Below the pieces are notes generated by a model. It saw only the letters and a program-made list of their open reading frames with translations, had not been told where the DNA came from and ran no database searches. A stretch of DNA of 64,000 bases from Octopus vulgaris (lineage: Eukaryota), in assembly GCA_951406725.2 (NCBI GenBank), contig OX597814.1, forward strand, positions 71,486,001 through 71,550,000. Reading direction: 5' to 3'. The position numbers were made by a program, and so were the translations under genes. Below, one piece after another: positions 39,925 through 51,050 of the stretch (positions are counted from its first letter, which is position 1; the number at the start of each line of letters is the position of its first letter).

Positions 39925-42105
39925 TGTGTATGTATGTTTGAGTGTGTACGTGTGCGTGTGTGTATGTGTGTGTAAGGCGAGATAAAAAAAATATGTATAT
40001 GTTAGTGTGTGCATAGGGCGAAAGGTAGTTGACATAGCAGTCGCAAGTCAGTGGTCAGTGGTAAAAGGAGGAAGGAGGGAATGGGTGGGGGCGTATGTAC
40101 GTGCCGTGTGTGTGTTGAGTTGTAGTGTGTGTGTGTCCAGTGTGCGTAGTTGTATGTATGGCAAGTAAATTTGAAGTGTGTGTAAGTGTAATGTATATAT
40201 ATATGCAAATGTGTGTGTGTGAGTGTGTGGGAGTGGGTGTATGTATGTGTGTGCGTACAAAAGGTGGGGGTATTAAGGAAACAAACTGCAACTGAGGGAA
40301 AGATGGAAAAGTGTGTGTGTAAGTATGTGTGTGTGTGGATGTGTGAGTGTGTCTGTGTGTATGTCTGGGTGTCAGTGTGTCCGATTGAATGTATGTAAGT
40401 ATGTGTGTGTATATGTGTGTGTATAGATGTATGTCCGTGTGTATGTGTGTGTGTATGTGTATGAGTGTGTATGTACGTGTGTATGTGCATGTGTGTGCGC
40501 GAGTGTGTGAGTGTGTGTGTGTATGTATGTGTGAGTGTGTATGTCTGTGTGTATAGGATGTATGTGTATGGGTGTATGTATGTGTGTGTGTATGTATGTA
40601 TGTGTACATGCGTGTGTGTATGCATGTATGCGTACATGCGTGTAGGTGTGCGCATGTGCATGCATGTGTGTAAGTATATATGTATATGCGTATATGTGTG
40701 TGTATGTGCGTACATGTGTGTGTGTATGTAGGTATGTAGGCGTGTGTGTATAGGTGTATGTGTATGTATGTATGGGTGTGTCCGTGTATGTTTGTGTGTG
40801 TGTGTGTATGTGTGTATGTATGGGTGAGGGTATGAGTGTATGTAGGTGTGTGTGTACGTATGTAATATATGCATGTATGCGTGTGTGTGTGTGTGTATGT
40901 AGGTGCGTATGTATGTGTGTGGGAGTGTAGGTGTGTGTGTGCGTGTATATGTTGGTGTGTGTATGTGAGTGTGAGTGTATGGGTGTGTGTCATGCATGTG
41001 TGTGCGCGTGCAGGCGAGTGTGTGTGTAAGTGTGTGTGTGTATGTATGTGTGAGTGTGTATGTCTGTGTGTATGTATGTGCGTATAGGAGTATGTAAGTA
41101 TATGTGTGTGTGTATGTGTATGGGTGTATGTATATATGTGTGTGCATGTGTGTAAGTATATATGTGTATGTGTTTATGTATGTGTGTATGTATGTGTGTC
41201 GGCGTGTGTGTATAGGTGTATGTATGTATGGGTGTGTGTCTGTGTGTGTGTGTATGTATGAGTGAAGGTATGGCTGTGTAGGTGTGTGTATGTATGAATG
41301 TAAGTGTGTGTGTGTACAAGTGTAATGTATGTATGTAGGTGTGTGTATGTGTGCGTGTATATGTGTGTGTGTATGCGTGTGAGTGTATGGGTGTATGTCT
41401 GTATGTGTGTATGTCTTAAGTATGTATGTGTATGTATGTGTGGCTATGTGTGTATGTGTGTGTGTAAGTATGTGCGTGTGTATGTATGTGGGTAGGGATG
41501 CATGCGTGTGTGTGTGTATGTATGTATACATACACACGCACACACACAAAGCACGCTCACACACACAACACACAAACAATACAACGCAAGCCCATGGGGC
41601 CGACCAACCCCCAGTATGCGCCAAGGCGAGCGCGCGCGGACCCCCAAACAACCCGCTCCACGGGAACCGAAGATCCATCAACCAAGACCAGAAAGCAGAA
41701 AGGAGGGGGGCGGGGTTGCGTGGATACAAATATGTGTATGTGTGTGTGCATTCGTGTAAAGGTGTGCATGTGTAGGTATGTATCTATGTATGTGTGTGTG
41801 CATACGTGTATGTGTGTGTGTGTATGTAAGTATAGGTGTGTGAAGTATGTATGTGCGATGTGTGTGTATGTGTGTATGTATGTGCGTATGTATGTGTGTA
41901 TGTATGTATGTATGTATGTCTGTGTGTGTGTAAGTGTGTATGTGTGTGTGTATGTATGTGCATGTTGGTTTGTATGTTAGTGTGTGTATGTATGTCTATA
42001 AGTATGTGTGATTAAATGTGTGAATGTATGTACGTAGATGTGTATACGTATGTGTGTGAACAGGCGTGTGGGAGGTAGGTAGGTGTGTGTGTGTGTGTGG
42101 TGGGG
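39925..42105. repeat. Cryptic (TG/TATG)-rich simple-sequence tract
   Basis: Degenerate GT/GTAT repeats. The His/Thr-rich ORFs here are artefacts. Confidence 0.9.
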
Positions 42106-42392
42106 TGTTAATCCGAAAAAAGAAAAAACCTAAGAGGAGGGGGCTGTGTTAAGTCCGTGTGGGGTAGTGGTTTGTAGGGTGAAGATGTAGCGTTGCTCCA
42201 AGTGGAGCCTAGAAAGTGGACGACCATTGTGGGGGCGAGACCAAACACTGAGATGTCATCTAGGGAATGGCTGATCGAGCGGAAGTGGCGTGCGACGGGA
42301 GAAAAAGAGTGTAGGCGAACGTCCCTCAAATGTTCTGTGAATCGGTCGGACAACCGGCGTCCCGTCTGTCCATATATATACACATGTATATA

Positions 42393-42448
<56 letters not shown>

Positions 42449-43382
42449 GTAAATTAAAACTCAAAATAATAAGGGTGAAAAATTGAATATTGATTTGATT
42501 AATTTGATTAATATGAATTTAAAACCAGTGGTGTAGCATATAAGACCATAGCGAATCTTCTAGCATGTTCAGTTACAGTTCATACCTGTTATATAATAGT
42601 TTCACTTTATTAGCTTCAGTATTAAAGTGAAAGCATGTGACATTACAAAAGAGAGATGTTTTTGTTTCACTTTTGACATATAATACTGAAATAGTGGAGA
42701 AGATATGATATTGCTGTGGGCTCGCACTAGGCAAAAAGTTAAGAAATGTTTTTGCCCATGACACTACATGGACCCTAAGTAAGGCATGTGTAAAATTTAA
42801 ATGAAATTGGTTGTGTAGTTCTCAAGTTTTAGGGATTCACACAGACAGACACACATTCTCAGTTTTATATATATAAATATACACACACATATATGTATGT
42901 ATGTACAGATTTTCTATGTCTGGATGACCTTCCTTTTACCAACCTTTATCTGTTTCTAAGTAAGTTAATATTTTCCCATGACCAGACATATTTACATGAA
43001 ACATGTCTACAAAATCCACTGACAAGGCTTTGGTTGGTCTGAGGCTATAGCAGAAGACACATGTCAAGTTACCACACAGTGGGACTGAACTCAGGACCAT
43101 GTGTTTTGGAACCAAGTTTGTTACCACACAGCCACACCTGCACCTATGTGTGTGTGTGTGTGTGTGTGTGTATGGGTGCATATATGTATGCACACAGCTT
43201 GTATGACAGTGACACTAACTTACAAGTTTCACACAATGTCAAGGCAAAGAAACAGTAACACACATATCTGACAGACTTATTTCACTTCCCATCTACTAAA
43301 TCTACTTAGAAGGCTTTTGGTCAGTCTGGAGTTGTAGCAGAAGACATGTGCAAGGTGGCACACAGTAAAACTGAATCAGGTT

Positions 43383-44142
43383 GTACCCTCACCCTGACCA
43401 CGGCTTTCAACCGATTCTGATAAAACTTAACACACACATAGCCCAATGTCATAATTTAAAACTAACACAGCGAAACTTTTGAAAAATTCCCCCAGTTCTG
43501 AAAGAAATCGATAAATTCGACATGGGGTCGAGAATCTAAGCTTTTTATATGCAACACATTTTCTGTTGTAGTTTTCGCAACTTACATATAGGTGTATGTA
43601 TGGATTTTCACCAATCTCATGGTGAAGCTTAATGTTACCCTAAGAAACTTAATTATGACGTTAGTTTTCCATGCAATACCTTACCATCAGAAAAAAATCG
43701 ATAAAATCATGCCATTTTGGGAAATTGCGTTCAAATTCAAGATGACATATTTTTGACAATATCTTTCACAAATTGGCAGGAATTCTTTTTTTAATTCACA
43801 GCGAGCATCATGTCTGCTCCAAGGAGCTATATGGCCCTTTTTATTTCAATAGGATACTTTATTACTGGAAAAAATTGGTTAATTAAATCATATGTGGCAC
43901 ACATAGTAAACCGATTTGTGTATTAAACACAAACCACAGACAGTCTAGGGGACGCAACTCGACCTTTTTATCGCCCAAAGGGACAGCTAGGGACATCGTA
44001 TACACAGAAGTATTCGAGTGAAGAGAAGACATTGCAACCTACACATGCGCCTTCGTTCCCTAGAGGGAAAGAACTAGATTGGGATTAGTCGTTGCCTACT
44101 AGGGGCTCTTACATACCCGGGCAACGTCGGGCTATGCTGCTA

Positions 44143-44143
<1 letters not shown>
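43383..44143 (+). mobile_element. Non-autonomous Helitron, 5'-truncated
   Basis: GTACCCTCACCCTGACCACGGCTTTCAACCGATTCTG is shared with 25853-26238. Ends CCCGGGCAACGTCGGG..GCTGCTAG|T. Confidence 0.8.
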
Positions 44144-44184
<41 letters not shown>

Positions 44185-44199
44185 AAATTTTGTATGACT

Positions 44200-44893
44200 A
44201 TTATTTTTTCTATTCTTTCATTCATTCCTTCTTTCTTTCAGCCCTTTCACACTTCATTCCACTCTTTGTTCTTTCGTTCCCCCTCTCTCACATTTCTTGG
44301 CCTTCTCTTCATGCTCACTTTCCCTCCTCTTTCACTTCACAGTGTCTCTTTCATTTTTTTTTTGCCCCTCCTTAATTCTTCTATTTCTCTGCCTCTACTT
44401 CTCTCTCTTCTCTCCCCAAGTGACCGGTGTTCGGCCAGGCCTGGCCTTTCTTTCTTGGTTCGACTACCATCTGTGCAACATGTATATTCCTCCCTGTGCC
44501 TGTTAAATCTTATATCCCTGCCATAAGAGTTTACTTTCACACAGGCCAGCTAAATTTGATTCGTCCTTAGTTGAAAGACACCTGTTATTATGTCCTATTA
44601 ATTGCATTTGTATTTATGTAACATTTCTCTTTTTTTTTCCACCCTCGTTTTCATATACATTTGCTGCTTTCTTCCAAGGAATCTAATGCTCTTAGCTTAG
44701 TTTTTCTTTGGGGCTGGCCAGATTGGAGCAATCTCGAGTATAACCAGCCGAAATTGCAAAGATAATCTGAACTCAACTGAGGATAGAAAACTCCGAATGA
44801 CCCATCCTTGTATTCTTTGTATCATCTGTTTGGATGTGTTGTCCCGTTTTTGTATCACCTGTCTGGATGTTTTGCGTTCTTGTCCCATTTTTG

Positions 44894-44900
<7 letters not shown>
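44200..44900 (+). mobile_element. Repeat terminus between (TA)n tracts; family shared with 38766-38885
   Basis: CAGCCGAAATTGC..GAT.ATCTG and ATGTTTTGCGTTCTTGTCCCA occur at both loci. Class not determined (possibly a PLE end). Confidence 0.55.
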
Positions 44901-44944
<44 letters not shown>

Positions 44945-45128
44945 TTTATTTATTTTTGTATGGGCTAGAGGTTGAGAAACCAACTAAGGGATAGTACCTA
45001 TCCAATATACTGCTGGTAGTATACCCAATTATATATACTCAAGTGCTAGTTATTGCATGGCGAACTCGCAATTGAGTATTCTATATGGGTGGGGGTAAAA
45101 AGTGGTTTACCCTTGATTTATATGAAAA

Positions 45129-45514
45129 CTAGCAGTATCGCCCGGCGTTGCTCGGGTTTGTAAGGGAAATAATTATATAAGCATTTTTAGAGATGTAAAG
45201 TATAATAGCCATCTCAATATGGCTAACCACAAAGGGGGAGGGGGTGTTACTGTAGCTTTTTACGTTCTGAGATATAATAATAAATTTTAGAGAGTTACTT
45301 CCCTTATATATGTCAAAAATGGATTAAAAATGGGAAAAATTGATGGTAAATTTTTTTCTTAAATCGTAGACGCACGCTAATACCCAGACGGTCTCGATAT
45401 GAATCACAACTATAAGATACCCGGTTTTGGTTAAACTGCACCGCAAAATGTGGGAGTAGTTAGGAATCTAAATCGTAGGAGACAGACACACAACCTCACT
45501 TTTATATATAAAGA
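45129..45514 (-). mobile_element. Non-autonomous Helitron
   Basis: 5' TCTTTATATATAAA. 3' end near-identical to that at 25853 (CTAGCAGTATCGCCCGGCGTTGCTCGGGTTTGTAAGGG on +). A|T target. Confidence 0.8.
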
Positions 45515-45617
45515 TTTCCTCTATTTACATAATATTGAGGTCTCTTTCTTTCTTTTGTTATCTTACTGTTTTTACCAATATACATATATATATATATATA
45601 TATAAATATATATATAG

Positions 45618-45939
45618 TTACAGAGATGTACTTGCATAGCAAGTGACTTGATCTGAGATCGTGTGCTGGAACGAAAACAGTTGCAGCGTTGAAGGTGTTC
45701 ATAAGCCATTTAAGAAACACACAAAAACCATTAGATTCACTTCAACATTTAAATTTAATTTGTCAAAATATTTTCGTTGCTTTGAGACCGCGACCTGTTA
45801 GCACGATATTTTTGTCAGTGAACAGGTCGCGGTTTCAAAGCGAGGAAAATATTTTGGCAAATTAAATTTAAATGTTGAAGTGAATCTAACGGTTTTTGTG
45901 TGTTTCTTAAATGGCTTACAAACACCTTCCACGCTGCAA
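45618..45939. mobile_element. Foldback/MITE-like element with ~119-bp inverted arms
   Basis: 45681-45799 is the near-perfect reverse complement of 45821-45939. Embedded in TA repeats. Confidence 0.8.
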
Positions 45940-46306
45940 TATATATATACACACATATATATATATGTATGTATGTATGTATGTGTGTATATGTGTATGC
46001 ATGTATGTGTGTGTGTGTGTGCGTGTCTGTGCTTGTGATTGTCCTCCACCACTGCTTGACAACGAATGTTGGTTTGTTTACATCCCTGTCACCTAGTGGT
46101 TTGACAAAGGAAACAGATAGAATAAGTACAATGCTTACAAAAATAAAACTGGAGTTGATTCATTAAACTACAATTCTTCAAGGCATTGCCCCAGCATGGC
46201 CACAGACCAATGGCTGGAAAAAGCAGAAGAATAAAAGAATACATTCTCTGCTTTGGTCTTATGTTCAAGGCATGAGAAAGCTTGAGTTTACATGAGAAGG
46301 CCTAAC

Positions 46307-46575
46307 AGACCTGGTAGAAACAGCAGCCAAATCTCCCTCAAATCACACCTTACTGTCTTATGTATGTATATATGAGCCAATGAGGGGGACCTCTACATGG
46401 TAGCTAGACCTGGTAGAAATAGCAGCCAAATTTCCCCCAAATCACACCTTACTGTCTTATCTATGTATATATGTATGTATGAGCCTATGGGGAGACCCCT
46501 ACATGGCAGCTAGACATGGTAGAAATAGCAGCCAAATCTCCCTCAAATCACACCTTACTGTCTTATGTATGTATA
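46307..46575. repeat. Three tandem ~100-bp units
   Basis: AGAC.TGGTAGAAA.AGCAGCCAAAT.TCCC.CAAATCACACCTTACTGTCTTAT x3. Confidence 0.9.
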
Positions 46576-49510
46576 TATATATATATATACAAGCCACTAC
46601 GGTTATTTAATGTAAAGTCTTCCTCAAATCACTCTTGCTATTTACTCTCTTCCAAGAACATTTTCACTCACTCTTATCTCTTAGCTTGCCATACATTTTA
46701 CTCATGTATCTATCAGCGTGATAGACAGAAACAAATATTACATCGCCATCGCCTTCTAGTGTCTACCTGTCAACACACACACAGTGAATTACTTTCATTT
46801 TATTCGTTGCACACTGTGTGTGTGCGTGTGCGTGTGGTGTAAACCACATTAAGAAAAGCATTTGACATACACACCAGAATGTGAGTTTTCTGTAAATTTT
46901 GCTTAATTGGAGTTTAAATTTTAAAAACTGGACCTGGCATGACCCGATGCATTCTACTCTTAAAAATGCTAGGTAAATTGTAATTGAAGAAATCCTATAT
47001 TGTAGATTTCTATAACTGACAAAGGGAGGCAGATAAAATCTGCCTTTTATAATAAGAGATAATAAAGTGTAGAAGATATAAAATTGACAGACATCAGCCT
47101 GTAAACAATCCAGTATGTCTATTTATTCAAATGTATTGGTGAATACACACACATGTATTTGTGGTAGAGATTATCAAATAGAAAAGGTTGGTAATTGCAT
47201 AAACAAGGGTGTGGAAGCATATAAGCATATAGAAACAAGTGACCAATTGAGCTCAACTAAGGGATGGCAAGAGGAAAGGCAACCAGCCATAGAAAATTTA
47301 CCTCAACAAATTCCATTAACCCATGCAAGCATGGAAAAGTGAATGTTAAAATGATGATGATAAAGAAGGGAATTTTTCAACAGAAAATATTAAAAAATTG
47401 GAAGCAATTAGCTTTTTATAAAATCCAGATAATAAATATTTTTCCAAAGTGTAACATGAACTGTATATACAGATTAAACCAACCCTGCAGAAAATGTGCA
47501 AGTGACTCAATTTATATACAGTACCGCACTAATCCAGTAATAAATGTGTAATCAGTATACTGAGAGAACATTGAAATGTTGAAGTAAATAAGGGATTATC
47601 AACAATGGCATCAAATTAGCTTAAATTGCATGTTCAGTCCATAAATCTAGCATATGCCTTGCCTCTGTCTGATAAAAAGATAATGTGACAGTTTGTTATG
47701 TGGAAGAAGAAGCAATAGTATTAATAGTTTAACTCCAGGTCAGCCTTGAGCAAGTAGACCTATGATTAAAGATATTCTAGACATGACTACATAATTTTAA
47801 ATGGCAGGATGCAGTTCCAAATAAACTTGGCTGCTATTTCTAGCAAGTTGAAAAGTTGCATGAAAAATTTGTTAATTCACAAGGGAAGTATTTATGGTAG
47901 AGTTTTGATAAACCTAATAATGCAATGAGATTTCAAGTCTTTTTAGATAAAAGCATTGAGCTACTTTAGATTACAACTACATCTTGTATATAACACCAAG
48001 TTTACTTTGTACAGTACAATTTTATTTTATAGTTTCACAGTAACTAAAACCAACAAGCACCAGTAAGAATGTAAGGAAAAATACCAAGCATGGGTGCCAA
48101 TGACCTGACACTGGCATCAGCCTTGACTATGTTCTCAATTGGCTTGACAGGTCTACACAAGCATGGTATATCGCCAAAGGTCTTGGTCACTGCTTCCATG
48201 AGGCCAAACGCTCGAATGGTGCTTTTTACATGCCACTGGCATAGGTGCCGGTCAGATGGCACTGGCATCGGCCATGAATACGATTTCACTTGGTTAGCAA
48301 TTGGCAATTCTCTTTACTTTTGTTACCAAATGCTGTTATTGTTTATCGCTTTATACTGCAGCCTAAATAAAAATAACAAAATACAGCCAACAACGTATTA
48401 TGAGACCATAAGAAGTCATCAGAAAAGTAGGAAAATGCAACAGAAAATTTTATTATTGAAAGAGATTAAGTTGCAATAGCCAAATGGAAAAGTAATACTT
48501 CTCCCACTCTCCCACAATATACCTAATTATCAGAGACAGTAAGAATTGAGAAAAACATAGAGATGTGGAGAGGCAAATTGACTAAAAATAGATGAAGAGC
48601 TGAGTGTCCTACAGTGTTGAAGTCAATCATTGTTACATACAAATATAAAACCTTTTGTCTGAATAACAGTATTCCAAGTGTATTGTTAGTAAAAGTATCC
48701 CCTATTAATTCCTTATAAACACAAAAATATTACTTTCCCTTTCTCCAGGAAAGGAAACAAAAATGCATGGGTGCAATAAAAACTACTTATGTTGCTATTC
48801 TAGTTCAGTTCTCCTGGATTTTGCCCAGCCTTATGTAGAATTTTATTGCAGCTTACACAATTGCTACATTTCATTGTACCTTTTAGAGTTACTGCTTGTG
48901 TTAAGCATGCATCATAATTTTCTAATAAAAAGGCAGCATGATGCAGATGTTTATCCAATAAATGCAAAAAAAGTGGTAAAAAGGAAGAGTAAAAACGGTG
49001 CATCTTATGGAGGCCTACACCAGAGCAAGAAATATATATACTCTTAAGCCATCTCCATTTGATATATCTACACAATCTTAATAGTAATAATGAAAGAGAA
49101 AATACATTCTAAGTTCATAATACACCAGAATAAACACACATACATTTATTACCAAAATCAAAATGGCCTCCTGCAGAGTGGCAGCTTAACAATATTGCTC
49201 TTTATTCTATTTGTTAAATCCATTATCTCATCTACTCACAGAACATGGTATTTAAACTTTGCCCAATATTAAAAGATTATACAATGTAATTAGCATCATT
49301 AAGAACTAGGTAACATCACACCTCATGTTAGATTAACAACCTCAAATAACGTACTCATAGAGAAAATGCCCAAACCTTTCTCAAAAATCAGCTACAAAAA
49401 ACTAGTTAAATATAAACAAGAGTTAGCTACAAGGAGGACATCTAGCTGCAAAATGCTTCCACAACTAAGTCCCAATCCAATCTAAAACAGATGCTAAACA
49501 GACAAATCAT

Positions 49511-49550
<40 letters not shown>

Positions 49551-49574
49551 TATATATATATATATATGTATATA

Positions 49575-49863
49575 TCACGTGATCACGTGACCAACCAGAC
49601 CATCAGATGTTGTTACACATTGCTGGTCACAATGCGTTCGCATTGTTTTAGCCTTCGAATGACGCCACCCCGCTGGCTAAGCGAGCAGGCCAAGAGAAGA
49701 AAGAGTGGTGAAAGAGTACAACAGGGATCACCACCTCCTGCCGGAGCCTTGTGGAGCTTTTTAGGCGTTTTCGCTCAATAAACACAACGCCTGGTCTGGG
49801 AATCGAAACCGCAATCCTATGACCGCGAGTCCGCTGCCCTAACCACTGGGCCATTGCGCCTCC
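49575..49863 (-). mobile_element. tRNA-derived SINE (GGAGGCGCAATGG head)
   Basis: A box TGGCCCAGTGG, B box GGTTTCGATTCCC. The head is shared with 60448-60615. Confidence 0.85.
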
Positions 49864-49882
49864 ACATGTATGTATATATATA

Positions 49883-51050
49883 CAGGGTGCATAAGATATT
49901 TGAGGACAGATTTATGTTTATAACAAAACAGATATATATAATAACATAACTTTATTTATCAAAAAATTCTATGAGGATAAAAATATAACTTCTTTTCTAT
50001 AAAGTTATTCAATAAAGCCACCTTCACCTTCAACAACTGCTTCTGTAGGAGATCTAAATCATCTACATGCTTGAATAAAGTGGTCCTGGTTCATTTTGGA
50101 CATTACTCTGACTATTGCAGCTTTTAAAGAAACTTTGGTGTTATAGGCACGTTCATTGACCTCTCTCTCAACAATGCTCCACATGTAATAGTCCAATGGA
50201 TTGAGATCTAGGGAATTAGGAGGCCAAATTTGAGGGGTTATGTGATCATGAACATTTTCAGCCATCCATTCCTGTGTTACTAGAGCCATGTTTGATAGTG
50301 CAGGGTCTTACTGTAACACATACAGTCTTCTATTGTATACACAGTCTATCCAGGACTTAACAACTATTTCCAGGACCTTAATGTAGGTGGCAGAGTTAAA
50401 TTTAAGGCCTTGTGGAAAGAAGTAAGGAGGCATCACATGCCATTCATTGCTGACAACCCCTAAAACCATAGCAGTTGCAGGAAATTTTGTATGCATAACA
50501 CTTGGAACCTCAGAAGGGTCTGCACATAACCATCTGTCATTTCTTCTATTAATGTTTTTGATCTTGGTTGAAGTTTTTCTCGTTTGAGAAAAACCAAATC
50601 AAATCTTCTGCTGCATCTTTCAGTTTGTTTAAGAGCCTTTTAGATCTGATCCAGTGATTTTCTTTTGCTTTTTCTGACAAATTGACCTTTCCTCATCATA
50701 TAAGACTTATATCTGATGTCTTCTTGGACATTTCTGAAAGTTCCTTCTGACACATGGAGATCTTTTGCAATTGACCTCATGGACTTTCTGGGAATGTAAT
50801 CAATGGCCTGTTGAACTTGCTGGATAAATTCAGGTGTTCTGATGATTTCAAAGTGTTTAGAATGCTCTTTATGCTTTGATACGGGTGATACATTTCCATC
50901 TTCAGTCTCTAGCTCCTTACAAACTTTATAGGCGAAAGATCTGGTAACTTTTAAAAATTGAGATATTGCTAAATTGCTATGCTCAGCCTTTATAACCAAA
51001 ATAATAGCATGCCATTTCATTTCTTGAGTAAGCTGAGGGTCTACATATAT
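49883..51050 (-). pseudogene. Decayed Tc1/mariner (maT/DD37D-like) transposase
   Basis: IRTPEFIQQVQ..KSMRSIAKDLHVSEGT, TKFPATAMVLGVVSNE, WPPNSLDLNPLDYYMWSIVE. TA-CAGGGTG terminus at 49881. Confidence 0.88.

Larger units (their letters stand above)
39625..42372 (-). mobile_element. 5'-truncated Penelope-like element (GIY-YIG C-terminus, long CA-rich 3' region, hammerhead-bearing end)
   Basis: GQTGRRLSDRFTEHLRDVR..PVARHF..HSLDDISVFGL, then after a frameshift RLHLEQRYIFTLQTTTPHGLN (42130-42372). Flanked by (TA)n on both sides. Confidence 0.8.
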
